64,000 bases of DNA from Mobula hypostoma (taxonomy: Eukaryota), in NCBI RefSeq assembly GCF_963921235.1, contig NC_086108.1:86492001-86556000 (forward strand), written 5' to 3'. Below, one piece after another: positions 24,216-36,200 of this stretch; position 1 is the stretch's first letter, and every line of letters starts with the position of its first letter. The position numbers and the translations under genes are program-made. A model generated the notes under the pieces. It was not told the origin of the DNA. It was given only the letters and a program-made list of their open reading frames with translations, and did not search any database.

Positions 24216-25870
24216 ATTGCAGTGCCTTCTTGGGAATGGGTATTAATGGGGAACAAAAATGGCTGAATAAGTATTTTGTGACTGTCTTCCAGATTGTATG
24301 CCAGAAATTTGAGAGCATAGTCACAATTACTAAGGAGAAGGTGCATGAAAAGCGGAAAGGTCTGAAAGTAGATAAGTTACCTGATGACTACACTTTGAGA
24401 TTCTAAATGTGGTAGCTGAAGAGATTGTGAAGGCATTAGCAATGATCTTTCAAGAATCACTAGATGCTGGAAAGGTTTTGGAGGAGTGGAAAATCGCAGA
24501 TGTTACTCCACTTTTTAAGAAGGGAGGAAGCCAAAAGAAAGGAGCCAGTTAGCTTGACTTCAGTGGTTGGGAAGATGTTAGAGTCCATTATTAAGGTTGA
24601 GGTTTCAGGGTATTTGGAGGCACATGATAAAATAGGGCAAAACCAGCATGGTTTCCTTAAGGAGAAATCATGCCTGACGAATCTGTTAGAACTTTTTGAA
24701 GAAATAACTGGCTTGATAGAAAAAGAAAATTTAGTGAATGATGCTAACCTGGATTTTGAGAAGGCCTTTGACAATGTGCACTAATGAGGCTGCTAAATAA
24801 GATAATAGCTAATGGTATTACAGGAAGGATACTAGCATGGACAGAAGATTGGCTGATTGGTAGGAGGCAAAGAGTGGGAATAAAGGGGACCTTCTCTGGT
24901 TGGCTGCTGATGACTAGTGGTGTTCCACAGGGGTTGGAGTTGGAACTACTTCTTTTCACTTTATATGTCAATGATTTGGATGATGGAATTGATAGCTTTG
25001 TGGCTAGATATGAAGCTAGTTGGAGGATGCTGGGAATCTGCAGAAGGACTTAGATAGATTGACAGAATGAGCAAAGAAGTGGCATATGGAATATGGTATA
25101 GGGAAGTATATGGCCATGCACTTTGGTAGAAGGAATAAAGTCCATTTTCTAAAAAGGGACCATATTATCATATCTGAAGTACAAAATGTCTTGGGATTCC
25201 TAGTGCAGGATTCCCCAAAGGTTAACTTGCAAATTACAGAGTGAAGAAGGAAAATGCAATGTTAGCATTGATTTCAAGAGAACTAGAATACAAAAACAAA
25301 GATATGTTGTTGAGCCTTCATAATGTTTTGGTCAGCCACATTTTGGTTACAATGAACAGTTTTGGGCCTCATTGGAGAGGGTCAGGAGGGGAGTTATGAG
25401 CATGTTTTCCGGAAAAAAGGGTTAATGCTATGAGGAGTGTTTGATGGAGCAATCATTGGGTTTATTTATGAGAAATCATTGGGATAACTGATAGGTTCTT
25501 GATTAGTAATTTTGTCGAAGATTATAGTGAGAGCGCAGAAGAATGGGGTTGAGAAGGAAAATAAATCAGCCATGATCAAATGGTGGGACAGACTCAACAG
25601 GCAGAATGGCCAAATTCTGCTCCTATGACTTATGGTCTTAGTGTGTTAAATCTCCACAAGGCTGGATGCCAACAAACATATTTCTGATATTTAAATAACG
25701 TGCTGATGCGAAAAGCAGCATAATTTTATAATGTGCCTCTTAGAACAGAGCTTACAATTAAAGATACTGTTAATATCATACGTTCAAGAGTTAATACTTA
25801 TAGGTTTCAACAAAATCATTTTATGTTTTGGTGAGGGAGAATTAGTTGATATATATTAGCTTCTTACATA

Positions 25871-26550
25871 TGCTAAATGCTAAAAAGACAGATTATATGG
25901 TGTTTAACTGCGACGAAGGTACTCTCAAGACCGTAAAGAATGATACCATCAAGAAAGTCTTTGACTACAAGTACCTTGGGTCAAGAATGATGAGTTTGGA
26001 GAAGGACATAAAGATACAGAAGGCGCTGGCGTGGAGGGCTATGAATGACATGAAGGAAATCTGGAAATCGAACCTGACCAGAGGGCTGAAAAAGAGCATT
26101 TTCATAGCAGTCATAGAGTCACTTCTCACATACGGATGTGAGACGTGGACACTCACCAAGACTATGCAAAAGTCTCTAGATGGTTGCTATACACGAATGC
26201 TCCGGATGGCTCTTGACATGAGTTGGCAACAGCGCATGATGAACGTTGAGCTCTATAACGACCTACCGATGCTCACCACTAAAATCGAGGCATGAGGACT
26301 GCAACTCGCGGGGCACTGTCTATGCCACCCCGAGCTACCTGCCAGCCTAGTCATCATATGGGAGCCCAAGCACGGGAGGATGAACCCTGGGCGCCCTCCC
26401 AAGACTATGGTCAACGCGTTCCTAGAAGACAGTGGTGCGGCTAATGTAGATGAACTGAACACACTGATGAGGGAGAGGGAGAAGTGGAGAGTCCGTCATC
26501 GTGCCCGACGCCGGCCCCCTTGGCCTCAGTCGACGTAGTAGTAGTAGTCA
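25871..26550 (+). mobile_element. 5'-truncated RTE-like (possibly RTE-X) LINE
   Basis: LNAKKT, YKYLGS, LTYGCETWTLTK, RMLRMAL, LAGHC, GRPPKT; (GTA)n tail; candidate TSD TTACATA at 25864-25870 and 26551-26557. Confidence 0.8.
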
Positions 26551-26679
26551 TTACATACTTAGCTATCAGTGTACAGTTGTACCTATTCAAAAATATCAAC
26601 AAATGTTGATTCCATAAACTAATACTGAAAAGAGTTGTGAGGTGCAGCCTGGAACTAACTCGATATTGCAACACTTATA

Positions 26680-28799
26680 CACGTGATTCCAGTTCATTGG
26701 GACATATTGGGACCAGCGCAATTTAGCACAATTAAGCGGGTGCCCCATTTAGCCAAAGTTTCATGGAAATAGATAAAAGGTTTAAAAAAACAAGTTACAG
26801 TTTAACTAAATTACAAATTATGTTTTAAATGAAATACAGAACAAATTAGAACACTACAATACTACTACAGTACAAAAAAACTGTACACTAATTTCTAATA
26901 GTTAACAATGGAGGAATTCACTCAGTGTACATTGATGTGTTCTTTTGATAGACTGTAAATGAACAAAATCAACACAGGCATCTAATGCAGATAGTGGACT
27001 GCCTTTAAACAGTGCCTTTGGCAACTGGATCCTCCAAACTGATTGTAACATTCAAGATGATTGTCAATTACTTCAAATTCTTCATGGTATCTAACTTGTT
27101 GAAGTTGTGAAATCATTTCATTTTCATTCCTGGCCATTTCTGACAACACACACAACTGAGCTAATTTTAAAACCTATTCGCTCTGAGCATGGTGTAGTGT
27201 CTAACAGCCACATAATCAGCTTGCGACCGATGCCAGTTAGGAAATGTTCAGCAGCAGTCTCCTGCCCCAATTAAGTACCACATCGTCCCAAATAAATGAA
27301 GGGAATCCCTACTATTTTCTGGATTTGTTCTTGTTCTTTAGATGTTGTCCCAAATAAGTTGCTGCCAAGGTTTGGAGTTTGTTGATTAGAACTGAGGGTA
27401 TGATTGTGCTGAGCGCTGAGCTGTAATGAATATGCAGCAGGTGATACAAGGCCAAATGGACAGATTGCATCTGCTGTCCACCTATTGTGGCCATAGACAA
27501 ATTGCAGTGGATCCAGATCCTTGCTTAGGCAGGAGCTGTTTCTAGCCATGACCAACCTCTCAAAGCACTTCATCACAGTAGATGTGAGTGCCACTGGGCG
27601 ATAGTTATTAAGGAGGTTAATCCTACTCTTCTTGGGCACTGATATGATTGTTGACTTTTTGAAGCAGATGGGAACATCAGATTGCAGCAGTGAAAGACTG
27701 AAGATATCTTTGAACAATCCCACCAGTTAGTCGGCACAGGTTATCAGATCCCAACCAGGTACACATTCAAGGTCAGACACCTTGCAAGGTTTCACTCGCC
27801 TGAAAGATGTTCTGACAGAGATCAGTGTCACTGGATGCTGCAGGGATTCGCATAGCTGTAGTTTTATTCTCTCTTTCAAAGTATGCATAAAAGATGTTGA
27901 GCTCCTCTGGGAGTGAAACATAACTGCCATTCATGATATTAGAGTTTTCTTTGTAGTGAGTGAAACCTTGCATTGACCATGAATGTTGCATGCCAACAAT
28001 CCACGTGATTCACAAACCAGTATGTAAGCCTGGGTATGATATGGGGAACAAGCTGTTGCCTATGTGGCAGCCTCTCCCTCTCCATGCAACTGATGTAACC
28101 AAAGGAACCAGCAGAAACCGATACAGTTTGGCACTAATGACATTGCAGGAGTTGCTCGTCAGCGTTGGACTCAACGTAGAACTGACTTAGGCATTTCTTT
28201 GAGAAGTATTGGCTTGAAAACCCTGCCAGAGCTGATGTGCATCTGATTATGTCCCTCACTTCAATGAAAATTGTTTTTTCTCCCTTTATGTAACCTTCAG
28301 TAGGTCCTATCTTGTCTTCTTGTATAATACTGGATCACTAGTCTTGAATGCCATAGATCAAGTCCTCAGTAGACTACAAATCTTGTGATTCATCCAAGCT
28401 TTTCCTTCATAAGTTATCCTGTGTTATGTGTGGTGTGTACTACTGTGCTTTACACCCTAATTTGGACAAATGTTGCCTTGAATCTGTATACATTGGAATC
28501 TGTATACATTGTATGGTTATATAGTTTATATATATGTATATAATTAAATGACAATAAACTTGACTTGACTTTTGATTTGGGAATGTCTGTTCTGATTTGT
28601 CTCAGTATTTATCACTCGCCAACCATCAGTGACAAAAATCATTGCTTTTTCAACCCAAACATGCAAGTGATGCAATTTAAAAACTATTTGCTCTAAGCAT
28701 GGTGCAATTTTCTTGTTTTTTTTCTTGTTCTTTAAGAGTTGTCTTAAATAACTGGCTGCTCCAATTAATTAATGGCCCAATTAAGTAGAATCCAATCTG
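26680..28799. mobile_element. Decayed Tigger/pogo-like MITE pieces (26680-27367 and ~28620-28799) with other inserts between them
   Basis: The left end GATTCCAGTTCATTGGG is an imperfect inverted match of the right end CCCAATTAAGTAGAATC; segment 27165-27365 is partly repeated at 28675-28760. Confidence 0.5.
27368..27960 (-). mobile_element. Rex1/Babar-type RT fragment
   Basis: [53 protein letters not shown]. Confidence 0.85.
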
Positions 28800-28829
28800 T
28801 TTCCTATTCTCCAACATTTAGACATGCCA

Positions 28830-29179
28830 CAAGACCATTAAACTCAAAGATACAGGAGCAGAATTAAGCTATTTGGCCCATCAAGTCTGCTCCAACATTT
28901 CATCATGGCTCATCCAATTTTCCTCTCAGCCCCAATCTCCTGCCTTCTCCCTGTATCCCTTCATGCCCTGACCAATCAAGAATCTATCAACCTGTGCCTT
29001 AAATATACGTAAAGACTTGGCCTCCACAGCTAGCAGTGGCAATGAATTCCACAGATTCACCACTCTCTGGCTAAAGAAATTCCTCCTCCTCTCCATTCTA
29101 AAAGAACACCCCTCTATTCTTAGGAGGTGTCCTCTGGTCTTAGACTCTCCCACCATACAAAACAGCCTCTCCACATCCA
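28830..29179 (-). mobile_element. CR1-type LINE 3' end; host of the satellite-bearing LTR (resumes at ~47035)
   Basis: Minus-strand ORF RRNFFSQRVVNLWNSLP...FKAQVDRFL; the empty site reads ACATCCA-CTCTA-TCAAGGCCTTTC. Confidence 0.85.
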
Positions 29180-30232
29180 CTCTATGTCATGGTCTGGTCC
29201 ATAAAGTCCGCGTTCCGGTTCATGGTCCAGTCTGTGAACTCCGGACTCCGGGTCTTCCAGCTGTCCCTTGTTTCAGATGGGCTTAATCATAGGCACCTGA
29301 TGCTTGTCTTGGGGTTGGGAATCTACGTGGCCCTGGGTTCAAGTGTGGTTGGTGGTTTGTCTCGTTGGTATCCTGTCCTTGCCTCTGTGGAGTAAGTCAG
29401 GCTGTCTTTGCCATTACCCTGCAGTTGGATCTGTCCCTTCCTGTCCTTCCCTCCGTTGGGTAAGCTAGGCCATCTTTGCCATTACCCTGACGCTGGACTG
29501 TTTCCTTCCCTTCACCTTCTGCCTGAAGCCTTGCCTGCAACCTCGCCTGAAGCCTTGGCCTGAAGACTTGCCTGCAATCTCACCTGTATTGCTGTCAAGT
29601 TCTACTGCCAGAGCAAGACCGCAGTCTTGCTGTGCCTAGATAAGGAGCTGTCTTTTGTTGTTAGGAACTGTCTCTGTGTCCACGCTTTCGCTAAGTAGCT
29701 CTGGCTATTTGCCGCTACCTTGAGTTGGGAACCATCTCTGCGTCCACGCCTTCGCTAGGTAGGTCCTGCGGTTTGCTGCTACCTAGTGTTGGGAACTGTC
29801 TTGTGTTCAGCATTCTGTGTATGAGTCCCGGCCCTATGTCCCATTCCCAAGGAGGGGAACCAGCTCTGTATTGCATGTTCCTGTCTCCCTCGACCACGGC
29901 TCTGCATTCCTATCTCCCTCAACTAAGTCTAGGCTTTGTGTTCTCATCCTGTCCATGTGCCTCGCCCAGCTCAGGAGTACCTTGCCCAGCCTGGTGCTGG
30001 GGTTCCCTCATCCTGTTCAGGAGTGTCTCGTCCTGTCCAAGCCGCGCCCAGGAGTCTCTCATTCTGTCCAAGCACCTCGGCCTATGCAGGACTTCCACGT
30101 CCAGTCCTGTTGCCACTCCTCATACTGTAGCCACGTCCTGTCCTTGCCAAGATCCTAGTCCCGAGACCTAGCCTTCACCCAGGTTCCGGTTCCAAGTAAA
30201 GACCCAGGTTCCAAGTCCCAACCAAGTCCCAG

Positions 30233-33200
30233 GTTCTGTGTCCCTGTCCAGGCCCTGGTTCCGGAGTTCCGTGTCACTAGTCCAGGCCCTGGTTCCGGAG
30301 TTCTGTGTCACTGTCCAGGCTCTGGTTCCGGAGTTCTGTATCACTAGTCCAGGCTCTGGTTCCGGAGTTCTGTGTCACTAGACCAGGCTCCGGTTCCGGA
30401 GTTCTGTGTCCCTGTCCAGGCTCTGGTTCCGGAGTTCTATGTCACTAGTCCAGGCTCTGGTTCCGGAGTTCCGTGTCACTAGTCCAGGCTCTGGTTCTGG
30501 AGTTTGGTGTCCCTGTCCAGGCGCTGGTTCCGGAGTTCCGTGTCCCTGTCCAGGCTCTGGTTCTGGAGTACAGTGTCACTAGTCCAGTCTCTGGTTCCGG
30601 AGTTCCGTGTCCCAGTCTAGGCTCTGGTTCCGGAATTCCGTGTCCCTGTCTAGCCTCTGGTTCCGGAGTTCTGTGTCCCTGTCCAGGCTCTGGTTCCGGA
30701 GTTCCGTGTCACTAGTCCAGGCTCTGGTTCCGGAGTTCTGTGTCCCTGTCCAGGCTCTGGTTCCAGAGTTCTGTGTCACTACACCAGGCTCTGGTTCCGG
30801 AGTTCCGTGTCCCTGTCCAGGCTCTGGTTCCGGAATTCCGTGTCCCTGGCTAGGCTCTGGTTCCGGAGTTCTGTGTCCCTGTCCAGGCTCTGGTTCCGGA
30901 GTTCGGTGTCACTAGTCCAGGCTCTGGTTACGGAGTTCTGTGTCCCTGTCCAGGCTCTGGTTCCAGAGTTCTGTGTCACTACACCAGGCTCTGCTTCCGG
31001 AGTTCCGTGTCCCTGTCCAGGCTCTGGTTCCGGAGTTCCGTGTCACTAGTCCAGGCTCTGGTTCCGGAGTTCTGTGTCACTAATCCAGGCCCTGGTTCCG
31101 GAGTTCTGTGTCCCTATCCAGGCCCTGGTTCCAGAGTTCTATGTCCCTGTCCAGGCTCTGGTTCCGGAGTTCCATGTCACTAGTCCAGGCTCTGGTTCCG
31201 GAGTTCTGTGTTCCTGTCCAGGCTCTGATTCTGGAGTTCCATGTCACTAGTCCAGGTCTGGTTCTGGAGTTCTGTGTCACTAGTCCAGGCTCTGGTTCCG
31301 GAGTTCTGTGTCGCTGTCCAGGCTCTGGTTCCGGAGTTCCGTGTCCCTGTCCAGGCTCTGGTTCCGGAGTTCTGTGTCACTAGTCCAGGCTCTGGTTCCG
31401 GAGTTCTGTGTCACTAGTCCAGGCTCTGGTTCCAGAGTTCTGTGTCAATAATCCAGGCCCTGGTTCCGGAGTTCCGTGTCCCTGTCCAGGCTCTGGTTCC
31501 GGAGTTCTGTGTCACTAGTCCAGGCTCTGGTTCCGGAATTCCGTGTCCCTGTCTAGGCTCTGGTTCCGGAGTTCTGTGTCACTAGTCTAGGCTCTGGTTC
31601 CGGAGTTCTGTGTCAATAGTTCAGGCTCTGGTTCCAGAGTTCCGTGTCACTAGTCCAGGCTCTGGTTCCAGAGTTCTGTGTCACTAGTCCAGGCTCTGGT
31701 TCCGGAGTTCTGTGTCCCTGTCTAGGCTCTGTTCCGGAGTTCTGTGTCATAGTCCAGGCTCTGCTTCCGGAGTTCCGTGTCCCTGTCCAGGCTCTGGTTC
31801 CGGAGTTCTGTGTCCCTGTCCAGGCTCTGGTTCCGGAGTTCCGTGTCCCTGTCTAGGCTCTGGTTCCGGAGTTCTGTGTCCCTGTCCAGGCTCTGTTTCC
31901 GGAGTTCCTGGTCACTAGTCCAGGCTCTGGTTCCGGAGTACTGTGTCCCTCTCAAGGCTCTGGTTCCGGAGTTCCGTGTCGCTAATCCAGGCCCTGGTTC
32001 CGGAGTTCTGTGTCCCTGTCCAGGCTCTGGTTCCGGAGTTCCGTGTCACTAGTCCAGGCACTGGTTCCGGAGTTCCGTGTCACTAGTCCAGGCTCTGCTT
32101 CCGGAGTTCCGTGTCCCTGTCCAGGCTCTGGTTCCGGAGTTCCGTGTCACTAGTCCAGGCTCTGGTTCCGGAGTTCTGTGTCACTAATCCAGGCCCTGGT
32201 TCCGGAGTTCTGTGTCCCTATCCAGGCCCTGGTTCCAGAGTTCTATGTCCCTGTCCAGGCTCTGGTTCCGGAGTTCCGTGTCACTAGTCCAGGCTCTGGT
32301 TCCGAAGTTCTGTGTTCCTGTCCAGGCTCTGATTCTGGAGTTCCATGTCACTAGTCCAGGTCTGGTTCTGGAGTTCTGTGTCACTAGTCCAGGCTCTGGT
32401 TCCGGAGTTCCGTGTCCCTGTCCAGGCCCCGGTTCCGGAGTTCCGTGTCCCTGTCCAGGCTCTGGTTCCGGAGTTCTGTGTCACTAGTCCAGGCTCTGGT
32501 TCCGGAGTTCTGTGTCACTCGTCCAGGCTCTGGTTCCGGAGTTCCATGTCCCTGTCCAGGCTCTGGTTCCGGAGTTCTGTGTCACTAGTCCAGGCTCTGG
32601 TTCCGGAGTTCCGTGTCACTAGTCCAGGCTCTGGTTCCGGAGTTCTGTGTCACTAATCCAGGCCCTGGTTCCGGAGTTCCGTGTCCCTGTCCAGGCTCTG
32701 GTTCCGGAGTTCTGTGTCACTAGTCCAGGCTCTGGTTCCGGAATTCCGTGTCACTGTCTAGGCTCTGGTTCCGGAGTTCTGTGTCACTAGTCTAGGCTCT
32801 GGTTCCAGAGTTCTGTGTCACTAGTTCAGGCTCTGGTTCCAGAGTTCCGTGTCACTAGTCCAGGTTCTGGTTCCAGAGTTCTGTGTCACTAGTCCAGGCT
32901 CTGGTTCCGGAGTTCTGTGTCCCTGTCTAGGCTCTGTTCCGGAGTTCTGTGTCACTAGTCCAGGCTCTGCTTCCGGAGTTCCGTGTCCCTGTCCAGGCTC
33001 TGGTTCCGGAGTTCTGTGTCACTAGTCCAGGCTCTGGTTCCGGAGTTCTGTGTCCCTGTCCAGGCTCTGGTTCCGGAGTTCCTGGTCACTAGTCCAGGCT
33101 CTGGTTCCGGAGTACTGTGTCCCTCTCAAGGCTCTGGTTCCGGAGTTCCGTGTCGCTAATCCAGGCCCTGGTTCCGGTGTTCCGTGTCACTAGTCCAGGC

Positions 33201-36200
33201 ACTGGTTCCGGAGTTCCGTGTTACATAGTCCAGGCTATGGTTCCGGAGTTCTGTGTCCCTGTCCAGGCTCTGGTTCCGGAGTTCCATGTCACTAGTCCAG
33301 GCTCTGGTTCTGGAGTTCTGTGTCACTAGTCCAGGCCCTGGTTCCGGAGTTCCATGTCGCTGTCCAGGCTCTGGTTCCGGAGTTCTGTGTCACTAGTCCA
33401 GGCTCTGGTTCTGGAGTTCTGTGTCCCTGTCCAGGCTCTGGTTCCGGAGTTCCCTGTCACTAGTCCAGGCTCTAGTTCCGGAGTTCTGTGTCCCTGTCCA
33501 GGCCCTGGTTCTGGAGTTCTGTGTCCCTGTCCAGGCTCTGGTTCCGCAGTTCCTGGTCACTAGTCCAGGCTCTGGTTCCGGAGTACTGTGTCCCTCTCAA
33601 GGCTCTGGTTCCGGAGTTCCGTGTCGCTAATCCAGGCCCTGGTTCCGGAGTTCTGTGTCCCTGTCCAGGCTCTGGTTCCGGAGTTCCGTGTCACTAGTCC
33701 AGGCACTGGTTCCGGAGTTCCGTGTTACATAGTCCAGGCTATGGTTCCGGAGTTCTGTGTCCCTGTCCAGGCTCTGGTTCCGGAGTTCCATGTCACTAGT
33801 CCAGGCTCTGGTTCCGGAGTTCTGTGTCACTAGTCCAGGCCCTGGTTCCGGAGTTCCGTGTCGCTGTCCAGGCTCTGGTTCCGGAGTTCCGTGTCACTAG
33901 TCCAGGCTCTGGTTCCGGAGTTCTGTGTCACTAGTCTAGGCTCTGGTTCCAGAGTTCTGTGTCACTAGTTCCAGGCTCTGGTTCCAGAGTTCCGTGTCAC
34001 TAGTCCAGGCTCTGGTTCCAGAGTTCCGTGTCACTAGTACAGGCTCTGGTTCCAGAGTTCTGTGTCACTAGTCCAGGCTCTGGTTCCGGAGTTCTGTGTC
34101 CCTGTCTAGGCTCTGTTCCGGAGTTCTGTGTCACTAGTCCAGGCTCTGCTTCCGGAGTTCCGTGTCACTAGTCCAGGCTCTGGTTCCGGAGTTCTGTGTC
34201 ACTAATCCAGGCCCTGGTTCCGGAGTTCCGTGTCGCTGTCCAGGCTCTGGTTCCGGAGTTCTGTGTCACTAGTCCAGGCTCTGGTTCCGGAGTTCTGTGT
34301 CACTAGTCTAGGCTCTGGTTCCAGAGTTCTGTGTCACTAGTTCAGGCTCTGGTTCCAGAGTTCCGTGTCACTAGTCCAGGCTCTGGTTCCAGAGTTCCGT
34401 GTCACTAGTCCAGGCTCTGGTTCCAGAGTTCTGTGTCACTAGTCCAGGCTCTGGTTCCGGAGTTCTGTGTCCCTGTCTAGGCTCTGTTCCGGAGTTCTGT
34501 GTCACTAGTCCAGGCTCTGCTTCCGGAGTTCCGTGTCCCTGTCCAGGCTCTGGTTCCGGAGTTCTGTGTCACTAGTCCAGGCTCTGGTTCCGGAGTTCTG
34601 TGTCCCTGTCCAGGCTCTGGTTCCGGAGTTCCTGGTCACTAGTCCAGGCTCTGGTTCCGGAGTACTGTGTCCCTCTCAAGGCTCTGGTTCCGGAGTTCCG
34701 TGTCGCTAATCCAGGCCCTGGTTCCGGTGTTCCGTGTCACTAGTCCAGGCACTGGTTCCGGAGTTCCGTGTTACATAGTCCAGGCTATGGTTCCGGAGTT
34801 CTGTGTCCCTGTCCAGGCTCTGGTTCCGGAGTTCCATGTCACTAGTCCAGGCTCTGGTTCTGGAGTTCTGTGTCACTAGTCCAGGCCCTGGTTCCGGAGT
34901 TCCATGTCGCTGTCTAGGCTCTGGTTCCGGAGTTCTGTGTCACTAGTCCAGGCTCTGGTTCTGGAGTTCTGTGTCCCTGTCCAGGCTCTGGTTCCAGAGT
35001 TCCCTGTCACTAGTCCAGGCTCTAGTTCCGGAGTTCTGTGTCCCTGTCCAGGCTCTGGTTCTGGAGTTCTGTGTCCCTGTCCAGGCTCTGGTTCCGCAGT
35101 TCCTGGTCACTAGTCCAGGCTCTGGTTCCGGAGTACTGTGTCCCTCTCAAGGCTCTGGTTCCGGAGTTCCGTGTCGCTAATCCAGGCCCTGGTTCCGGAG
35201 TTCTGTGTCCCTGTCCAGGCTCTGGTTCCGGAGTTCCGTGTCACTAGTCCAGGCACTGGTTCCGGAGTTCCGTGTTACATAGTCCAGGCTATGGTTCCGG
35301 AGTTCTGTGTCCCTGTCCAGGCTCTGGTTCCGGAGTTCCTTGTCACTAGTCCAGGCTCTGGTTCTGGAGTTCTGTGTCACTAGTCCAGGCCCTGGTTCCG
35401 GAGTTCGGTGTCGCTGTCCAGGCTCTGGTTCCGGAGTTCTGTGTCACTAGTCCAGGCTCTGGTTCTGGAGTTCTGTGTCCCTGTCCAGGCTCTGGTTCCG
35501 GAGTTCCCTCTCACTAGTCCAGGCTCTAGTTCCGGAGTTCTGTGTCCCTGTCCAGGCCCTGGTTCTGGAGTACTGTGTCCCTGTCCAGGCTATGGTTCCG
35601 GAGTTCTGTGTCCCTGTCCAGGCTCTGGTTCCGGAGTTCCATGTCACTAGTCCAGGCTCTGGTTCTGGAGTTCTGTGTCACTAGTCCAGGCCCTGGTTCC
35701 GGAGTTCCGTGTCGCTGTCCAGGCTCTGGTTCCGGAGTTCTGTGTCACTAGTCCAGGCTCTGGTTCTGGAGTTCTGTGTCCCTGTCCAGGCTCTGGTTCC
35801 GGAGTTCCCTCTCACTAGTCCAGGCTCTAGTGCCAGAGTTCTGTGTCCCTGTCCAGGCCCTGGTTCTGGAGTTCTGTGTCCCTGTCCAGGCTCTGGTTCA
35901 GGAGTTCCGTGTCACTAGTCCAGGCACTGGTTCCGGAGTTCCGTGTTACATAGTCCAGGCTATGGTTCCGGAGTTTGGTGTCCCTGTCCAGGCGCTGGTT
36001 CCGGAGTTCCGTGTCCCTGTCCAGGCTCTGGTTCTGGAGTACAGTGTCACTAGTCCAGTCTCTGGTTCCGGAGTTCCGTGTCCCAGTCTAGGCTCTGGTT
36101 CCGGAATTCCGTGTCCCTGTCTAGCCTCTGGTTCCGGAGTTCTGTGTCCCTGTCCAGGCTCTGGTTCCGGAGTTCCGTGTCACTAGTCCAGGCTCTGGTT

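Larger units (their letters stand above)
22500..25640 (+). mobile_element. CR1-type LINE ORF2 (endonuclease end, RT, 3' tail), decayed and interrupted
   Basis: PVSLTSVVGKMLESII, QHGFLKEKSCLTNLLE, LDFEKAFDNV, TSGVPQG, LYVNDLDDG; tail CCTATGACTTATGGTCTTA. Confidence 0.88.
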
